This document shows positions 58,025-64,000 of a stretch of 64,000 bases of DNA, in pieces (the stretch's first letter is position 1; each line of letters begins with the position of its first letter). The DNA is from Candidatus Levyibacteriota bacterium (GTDB taxonomy: Bacteria; Patescibacteriota; Microgenomatia; Levybacterales; UBA12049). The DNA lies in NCBI GenBank assembly GCA_016186625.1, contig JACPLG010000003.1:98576-162575 (forward strand), given 5' to 3'. Under the pieces are notes generated by a model. That model was not told where the DNA came from and made no database searches. It saw nothing but the letters and a program-made list of their open reading frames with translations. A program made the position numbers and the translations under genes.

Positions 58025-59059
58025 CTAGAGGAGTTTTTGTTGGGATTTGCTCGAAGTGTCCTCAAACGGCAGACCGAAATGTTGGTAGGCAAATTTTGTG
58101 GCAACGCGGCCGCGAGGAGAACGCTTAATAAAACCGAGCTGCATAAGATATGGCTCAATTACATCCTCAATTGTTGAAATATCTTCAGAGATGGTGGATG
58201 CCATTGTTTCAATTCCCACAGGTCCTCCCCCGTGTTTTTCAATTAAAGCCTTTAAATATCTAATATCATTATTGTCCAAACCAAGTGAATCAACTTCCAG
58301 CAGACTGAGCGCTTTGTCGGTTAAGTCTTTTGTAATTTTCCCTTCTCCATGAACTTGAGCGAAGTCGCGAACTCTTTTCAAAAGCTTTAGCGCAATCCTT
58401 GGTGTACCCCTGGCTCTAATTGATATTTCTGAAATCGAATCCCTATCTATTGCTGTTTTTAATTTTTGCGCACCGCGCTTAATAATCTCCTCAAGTTCTT
58501 TGGGGCTATAAAAATTAAGTCTGTGAACTACTCCAAAACGGTCTCTAAGAGGAGCGGAAAGAAGACCAATTCTAGTAGTTGCTCCTACTATTGTAAATTG
58601 AGGCAGATCCAAGCGTAGCGTCCTGGCACTAGGTCCTTTGCCAATGACTATGTCCAGGGCATAATCTTCCATAGCCGGGTACAGCGTTTCCTCAACGACT
58701 TTGTTGAGACGGTGCACCTCATCAATAAATAAAATGTCTCCTTTCTCAAGATTTGTAAGAATTGATGCCAGATCTCCCGCCCGTTCAATTGCCGGGCCAC
58801 TTGTTACTTTAATGTTTACTTCCATTTCTTTGGCAATAAGGTGAGAAATGGTGGTTTTCCCAAGCCCCGGAGGGCCATATAATAGTATGTGTTCTATTGG
58901 CTCTTTTCTTTTTTTGGCAGCGGAAATTGCTATTTGGAGTGCTTTTTTTATGTTTTCTTGACCAAAAAACTCCTCCCACTCTTTAGCCCGTAGCGATACG
59001 AACAAAACCTCTTCTTCGGGCGTTTCGTTTTCTGTCTTCTTTTTAGTTGGCTTAGCCAT
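58025..59059 (-). CDS. ruvB: Holliday junction branch-migration helicase RuvB
   Basis: [18 protein letters not shown] Walker A; AAA+ plus winged-helix. Confidence 0.9.
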   Translation of the reverse strand: MAKPTKKKTENETPEEEVLFVSLRAKEWEEFFGQENIKKALQIAISAAKKRKEPIEHILLYGPPGLGKTTISHLIAKEMEVNIKVTSGPAIERAGDLASILTNLEKGDILFIDEVHRLNKVVEETLYPAMEDYALDIVIGKGPSARTLRLDLPQFTIVGATTRIGLLSAPLRDRFGVVHRLNFYSPKELEEIIKRGAQKLKTAIDRDSISEISIRARGTPRIALKLLKRVRDFAQVHGEGKITKDLTDKALSLLEVDSLGLDNNDIRYLKALIEKHGGGPVGIETMASTISEDISTIEDVIEPYLMQLGFIKRSPRGRVATKFAYQHFGLPFEDTSSKSQQKLL

Positions 59060-59065
59060 AAATTC

Positions 59066-59185
59066 TGTTATCTGTTTTCAGTTGTCGGTTATCAGTAATT
59101 TGTCTGCCAGTTTTCAGTTTGTCAGTCGGATTAACTGAAAACCGATTAACTTGTATCCGAAAACAGAAAACCGAGAACCGATAAC
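59066..59185. repeat. imperfect long inverted repeat in the ruvB-ruvA intergenic region
   Basis: GTTATCTGTTTTCAGTTGTCGGTTATCAG... pairs with ...CTGAAAACCGATTAAC...CGAAAACAGAAAACCGAGAACCGATAACTG. Confidence 0.5.
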
Positions 59186-59187
59186 TG

Positions 59188-59757
59188 CTACTTACCTAAA
59201 AATTTCAGTGCTAACTTGATCTTCTCCTCTGCTGTTTCAGCTTTGGAATCAATATTTTTTAGAGCTTCTCGAGCTTCTTTAGATGAAAATCCAAAACTTT
59301 GAAGAGCTTGTAAAGCCTCACTATTTTCGGGAGATTCTTCGCTTGAAAGATCCAGACTGCCAGTATCTCCAAGCTTACTTTTAAGCTCGATTATTATTTT
59401 CTGAGCATTTTTCTTGCCCAATCTTGGAATTCCCTCAAAAACACTTGTATCTCCTTTTATAACTGCATTTACTACCTCTTCCCGGGTTAAAAAAGAAAAA
59501 ATTGACATTGCAGTTCTTGGTCCAATTCCGGAAACAGAGAGTAAATTTTCAAAAAGTTTTAAATCAGCAAGTTCAGAAAATCCAAAAAGCTCCAACGCAT
59601 CTTCTCTAACATGGGTGTAAGTAAAAAGTGAAACTTCGCTATTTGTTTTTGATAAAACTTTTGAAGACACCAATACTCTGTAGCCTACCCCTCCTGTCTC
59701 TACCAAAATATGATTTCCATCTGTAAGTATAATTTTTCCCCGAATTGAACCAATCAT
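59188..59757 (-). CDS. ruvA: Holliday junction DNA-binding protein RuvA
   Basis: MIGSIRGKII...GGVGYRVLVS; HhH motifs. Confidence 0.9.
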   Translation of the reverse strand: MIGSIRGKIILTDGNHILVETGGVGYRVLVSSKVLSKTNSEVSLFTYTHVREDALELFGFSELADLKLFENLLSVSGIGPRTAMSIFSFLTREEVVNAVIKGDTSVFEGIPRLGKKNAQKIIIELKSKLGDTGSLDLSSEESPENSEALQALQSFGFSSKEAREALKNIDSKAETAEEKIKLALKFLGK

Positions 59758-59775
59758 AAAAAAAGTTACTAGATA

Positions 59776-60282
59776 CTAGTTATTAGATATTAGTTTGCCA
59801 AGTTTCGAACTAAAAGCATGAGTTATGGCAACTGCCAAAGCATCAGAAGTATCATCTATTTTTGGAATTTTTTCAAGTTTCAAAATCACTTTTACCATTT
59901 GGCCTATCTGATTCTTATCTGCCCTACCATATCCGGTTAGCGCCATCTTTACCTGAAGAGGCGTATAGATCGCGACATCAAGTTTGTTTTGCCCGGCCAG
60001 AAGCAATACTACTCCCCTGGCTTGTCCTACTGTAAAAGCCGTTTTTGCATTAGTGCTGAAAAATAACTCTTCAATACTTAGCACATCAGGCTTATATTCT
60101 TTTATGAATTTTTCAATCTGCGAACTTATTATAAGAAGCCTCTCCTCAATCGGCGAATTCGCCCTAGTCTCAATACACCCAGAGTTTCGAATTTCGAGTT
60201 TCGAATTTCGAGTTTCTATGATTCCCCATCCGCATCTTCCAATCCCCGGATCAACACCTAAAATAATCATAATTTCAAACAA
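59776..60282 (-). CDS. ruvC: crossover junction endodeoxyribonuclease RuvC
   Basis: ILGVDPGIGRCGWGIIE RNase H-fold; contains an internal 14-nt tandem repeat at 60177-60212. Confidence 0.85.
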   Translation of the reverse strand: MFEIMIILGVDPGIGRCGWGIIETRNSKLEIRNSGCIETRANSPIEERLLIISSQIEKFIKEYKPDVLSIEELFFSTNAKTAFTVGQARGVVLLLAGQNKLDVAIYTPLQVKMALTGYGRADKNQIGQMVKVILKLEKIPKIDDTSDALAVAITHAFSSKLGKLISNN

Positions 60283-60333
60283 TTATAACAGACCTTGTGT
60301 TCGATCAAGCTTTTTTGTTAAAATATCAGGATC

Positions 60334-61098
60334 ATGAAACGGTTTTTGCTAACTGCTGAGAAGCGAAAAATTACGGGAAAACAAGTTAAAAAGCTTAGGC
60401 GTGAAGGGATACTTCCTGCAAATGTTTATGGAAAAGACATAAAATCCCAATCCCTACAGCTTCCTCTGACAGAATTTCAAAAAGTTTTTTCAGAAGCTGG
60501 AGAAACAGGATTGGTTGACCTTAAAGTGAATGGGCAGACAATACCGGTTCTAATTCACAATCTTCACACAGATTATAGGAATACTCCACTTCACGCCGAC
60601 TTTTTCAAAGTAAATCTCAAAGAAAAAGTTACTGCTATGATTCCAATCGAATTTGTGGGTGTTGCAAAAGCAGAAACTGACAAAATTGGACTTTTGGAAA
60701 AAATTACAAATGAGATTGAGGTTGAAGCGCTACCAACAGAGCTTCCTGAAAAATTTGAGCTAAATGTTGAACCACTCGCCAACATTGATGATCAAATTAC
60801 AATTGAAATGCTTCACCGACCAAAGGATGTTGAAATCCTGTCTGATCCGAATCTAGTTATTGCTAAAATTGGAGAATTAGTAACTAAAGAGGCGGCAGAG
60901 CAAGCAGCCGCAGAGGCAGCGGCAGCCGAGGCAGCGGCAGCAGAAGGCGCTCCTGAGGGAGAAGAAGGAGAAGCTGCGGAAGAAGAAGCACCAGCTGAAG
61001 GTGAAGCTAAACCAGAAGGCGAAGGCGCAAAGCCTCCAGAAGGTGGACAACCTCAAGCGCAAGACGAACCTAAGTCAGAAGAAAAGCCAAAAGAATAA
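60334..61098 (+). CDS. rplY: ribosomal protein L25/Ctc with Ala/Glu-rich C-terminal extension
   Basis: TAEKRKITGKQVKKLRREGILPANVYGKD. Confidence 0.85.
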   Translation: MKRFLLTAEKRKITGKQVKKLRREGILPANVYGKDIKSQSLQLPLTEFQKVFSEAGETGLVDLKVNGQTIPVLIHNLHTDYRNTPLHADFFKVNLKEKVTAMIPIEFVGVAKAETDKIGLLEKITNEIEVEALPTELPEKFELNVEPLANIDDQITIEMLHRPKDVEILSDPNLVIAKIGELVTKEAAEQAAAEAAAAEAAAAEGAPEGEEGEAAEEEAPAEGEAKPEGEGAKPPEGGQPQAQDEPKSEEKPKE

Positions 61099-61201
61099 TT
61101 TTTAAATTAACCTAATTAGTCTAATTGCTCTAATTTCTAAACAAATCCCAATTTCAAAATCCCAAAATTTAGGTCAATTAGGTCAATTAGGAATTAGAAA
61201 T

Positions 61202-61633
61202 TTAAAAATTGCTCAGCAACTTTTCCAGCTCTCTCCCCTCCTCAAAGTTAGGATCAAATTCCAGACTTTTGTCAAGATTATTTCGGGATTCATCAATATT
61301 CTTAAGTTGAAAACTTAAAAGAGCAAGGTTAAAATAAGCATCTCTAAACTTAGGGTGTGTTCTTACTTCGCTTTCCCAGAAAGCTATTTCATTTAAAACC
61401 TTAGTTTTCTCATCAATTAAGATTTTTTGCTTGATAAAATTTGAATACAAATCTAAAGATATTATTAGGATTGCAGCAAGGATAACGACAAACCCAACAA
61501 AAAAAACAGTCTCATCCCGATTAAGTTTCTCGGGAATAATTCGGTAAATACTCGGGAATTGTTTGGATTCCTTCGCTTTCCCCTTCTTGTAAACTTTCTT
61601 TGTTTGTTTTCTTTTAAATTTCATTGTAATCAC
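61202..61633 (-). CDS. membrane-anchored hypothetical protein with TPR-like C-terminus
   Basis: 143 aa; basic N-terminus, one TM. Confidence 0.45.
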   Translation of the reverse strand: MITMKFKRKQTKKVYKKGKAKESKQFPSIYRIIPEKLNRDETVFFVGFVVILAAILIISLDLYSNFIKQKILIDEKTKVLNEIAFWESEVRTHPKFRDAYFNLALLSFQLKNIDESRNNLDKSLEFDPNFEEGRELEKLLSNF

Positions 61634-61667
61634 TGAATCACAGAATTGTCCACTGAACCAACAGAAT

Positions 61668-64000
61668 TCAATTTTCAGTGTTTTCTGTGGACTTCTCAGT
61701 GCTTTTCTGCGCTTGCAAGGGCCACGGCTCTGTAATTAATAACCGATTATTTCCCGAGAATTTCCCGAATATCTCTTCGGTAATAAACGGCATGAAAGGA
61801 TGAAGAAGCGCAAGTTGAATCATGAAGCATGAATTAAGAATTAAGAAGGAGTTCTCGTTAATCCGTTTCTTGACATCTTCAATATATTTATCCGCAAACT
61901 CGTGCCAAATAAATTCGTAAAGTCCCTCAGCTGCCAGATTAAATTCAAACTTCTCAATATGCCTAGTGGTTTTTTCAATCAATTCCTCTACTTTATCGAC
62001 CATTTCTTTATCGACTTTCTCAATTGCTAAATTATTCAATTGTTCGATTGTTAGGCTATTTGGAATTTGTGATTTGGGATTTAGGGCTTCCCGTTTCATT
62101 GAAATGAAACGGGCAATGTTCCACAATTTATTTGAAAAATTTCTTGCAGCTTGAAGCTTTCCATAAAATAGCGCTTGATCATTCCCGGTTGCATTACCAT
62201 AAATTAGCGCGAAGCGAATAGAATCAGCTCCATACTCATCGACGAGTTCGAGAGGATCCACTACATTTCCCTTGCTCTTGCTCATTTTCTTGCCATACGG
62301 ATCTTTTACCAAGCCATGAAATAAAACTTGTTTAAAAGGAACTTCCCCAGTAATGTAAATTCCAAGCATTACCATGCGTGTTACCCAAGCCTTTAAAATA
62401 TCATAAGCAGTCTCCATAATACTTGTTGGATAAAAGGTTTCAAAAAGTGTCTCTATATTTTCTAATTCTTCAAGAGGACGAAATTCATAAGAGTATGAAT
62501 AAGCCTTTGTTTTAGGATTGACTTTTGCATTCTGATTTCTTAGCTTTAAAGCTTTTATTAACTCATCTAATGATTTATAGGTTTTAAAATGAGATTCATC
62601 TTTATAGTTGATCTTCTCAATAATTGTTTCTTCTGCTTCCTTGACAATTCCATATCCAAATAGTTCACCTGTTTGAGTATTTTTAAACAAAACCTTATCC
62701 CCAACTTTGAAATTATGATCTCTTAATCTATAAGTTTTTGTTTTTCCTTTTAGAACCTGATCAGCCACATCTTCATCAAAACCCATTTTGGGAAGTGAAT
62801 AATTCGTTTTTAAAGTCACATATGGCCATTGGCCTGAGGAAAACCAAGTATCAAAGGTGTCTGTGTCTTGAGTTAATTTTTTGGAAGTACACTTCGCACA
62901 TTTTTTGGGAGTTTCTCCTTCCGTAACAATCCAATGGGAATTTTCGCATTTCCAGGCAGGAATCCTAATCCCCCACACAATTTGGCGGGAAATATTCCAA
63001 TCCTCAAGCCCCTCAAGCCATTGGAAATAAATTGATTCAAAATTTTTAGGGTAGATTTTAATTTTTCCTTCTTTTACCACTTTTATTGCTCCTTTTTTAA
63101 GGCCCTCAACTTTTACAAACCATTGCTCCAATGGAAGCGACTCAATGGGATTTTTGCATTTATAACAAAGAGGGGTTCTATTGATATAACTCTCGTCTAT
63201 TTTTTCAAGCATTCCTTTTTTCTTCATCTCCTCAACTACTTCCGTTCTGGCTTGTTTGATATATAGTCCCGAAAACTTACCGGCTTTTTCGTTCATTTTG
63301 CCATCGTAATTTATTACCTGAACAAGGGGAAGATTGTGGCGCTTTCCTACATCAAAATCCTGGAAGTCATGTGCCGGAGTTATTTTTACAACTCCCGTTC
63401 CAAAAGAAGGATCTACAAACACATCAGCAATAACTTTTATTTTTGCTTTTCCTATGACTGTCTCAATTTCAATTTCTTTTCCAATATACTCTTTATACCT
63501 TTTGTCCGCAGGATTGACTGCAACGGCGGTATCACCAAATTTAGTTTCTGGCCTGGTAGTTGCCAAAACTAGGGGCCCGTACTTTATGTAGTAAAGCGGG
63601 TTTTTTCTTTCTTCATAAATTACTTCCAAATCAGAAAAGCTTGTTCCGTCATATGTACAATAATTTACCAATCGATAGTCTCTGTAAATTAAGCCATCGT
63701 CATACATTTTTTTGAATGTTTTATAGACAAGCCTAACAATATCAGGATCTAGTGTATATTTTTGCCGCGACCAGTCTAATGAAAAACCTAAACGCCTAAG
63801 TTGGCGCTCAATCCCTCCCCTATTCTCATTTACATAATTTTCAATCATTTTATAAAGAGTTTCTCGGTCATAATCTAATCTTGACTTCCCTTCTTCTTTA
63901 AGTTTTTTCTCAAAAACAAATTGGGTTTCAATTCCAGCGTGATCTGTCCCCGGAAGCCACAAAGACTTATCTCCCTTCATTCTGTGGTATCTAATAAGAA
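61668..64000 (-). CDS. valS: valyl-tRNA synthetase, N-terminus lies beyond the window end
   Basis: LPGTDHAGIETQ, WNISRQIVWGIRIP, KMSKSKGNVVDP; the ORF is open at 64000. Confidence 0.9.
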   Translation of the reverse strand, partial: LIRYHRMKGDKSLWLPGTDHAGIETQFVFEKKLKEEGKSRLDYDRETLYKMIENYVNENRGGIERQLRRLGFSLDWSRQKYTLDPDIVRLVYKTFKKMYDDGLIYRDYRLVNYCTYDGTSFSDLEVIYEERKNPLYYIKYGPLVLATTRPETKFGDTAVAVNPADKRYKEYIGKEIEIETVIGKAKIKVIADVFVDPSFGTGVVKITPAHDFQDFDVGKRHNLPLVQVINYDGKMNEKAGKFSGLYIKQARTEVVEEMKKKGMLEKIDESYINRTPLCYKCKNPIESLPLEQWFVKVEGLKKGAIKVVKEGKIKIYPKNFESIYFQWLEGLEDWNISRQIVWGIRIPAWKCENSHWIVTEGETPKKCAKCTSKKLTQDTDTFDTWFSSGQWPYVTLKTNYSLPKMGFDEDVADQVLKGKTKTYRLRDHNFKVGDKVLFKNTQTGELFGYGIVKEAEETIIEKINYKDESHFKTYKSLDELIKALKLRNQNAKVNPKTKAYSYSYEFRPLEELENIETLFETFYPTSIMETAYDILKAWVTRMVMLGIYITGEVPFKQVLFHGLVKDPYGKKMSKSKGNVVDPLELVDEYGADSIRFALIYGNATGNDQALFYGKLQAARNFSNKLWNIARFISMKREALNPKSQIPNSLTIEQLNNLAIEKVDKEMVDKVEELIEKTTRHIEKFEFNLAAEGLYEFIWHEFADKYIEDVKKRINENSFLILNSCFMIQLALLHPFMPFITEEIFGKFSGNNRLLITEPWPLQAQKSTEKSTENTEN

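Noticed and set aside
60877-61062. 61-aa minus-strand ORF and GCAGCGGCAGC(C/A)GAGGCAGCGGCAGC periodicity at 60900-60960
   Set aside because: The periodicity is explained by the Ala/Glu-rich low-complexity C-terminal extension of the L25 gene. The ORF is an antisense artefact.

Overview
This 64-kb window appears to come from a low-GC (about 38-40%) bacterial chromosome. The gene content and style resemble a small-genome uncultivated lineage (CPR/Patescibacteria-like): short genes, many leaderless starts, heavy reliance on thiol-redox proteins and secreted proteases. That taxonomic placement is an inference with low confidence.

Housekeeping anchors that are clearly readable:
- purH, def, mltG
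- a dnaG-rpoD operon
- purA, a Cof-type HAD, purB
- transaldolase, yvcK, msrA
- comM/yifB, the ruvCAB genes, rplY, and a 5'-truncated valS at the window end

Three regions look like accessory DNA:
1. 0.4-7.2 kb: a cell-surface/secretome module with an S8 subtilase carrying a PPC domain, DUF11-like and membrane-anchored secreted proteins. A second subtilase lies at 15.6-17.5 kb.
2. 7.3-13.5 kb: a toxin-antitoxin island with five modules (DUF5615/DUF433 plus an unlisted Phd/YefM-like ORF; RHH-PIN; BrnT/BrnA; HicA/HicB). It is interleaved with about 12 copies of a 17-nt extended -10-like repeat, TGCTATAATTGCCCC, found nowhere else in the window, and with a ~110-bp interspersed repeat carrying a conserved hairpin. 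It is followed by a very AT-rich 2-kb islet (13.56-15.6 kb) holding two small polytopic membrane proteins and a wHTH/possible-HEPN protein; that islet is the best candidate here for an undescribed defence-like module.
3. 22.6-34.6 kb: a 12-kb co-directional minus-strand array devoted to thiol and soft-metal handling. It holds a DsbA-like protein, a BlaI/short BlaR1-like pair, a MerA-like reductase with C-terminal CC, ArsR, a CPH-type P1B ATPase, a Met-rich DUF305 protein, a CcdA-fold membrane protein with vicinal Cys-Cys pairs in two TM helices, DUF1573, and an ArsR-TRASH fusion.

I found no CRISPR array, tRNA, rRNA, integrase or transposase. Many promoters match the TTGACA-N17-TATAAT consensus and lie 6-8 nt from the start codon, implying widespread leaderless translation.
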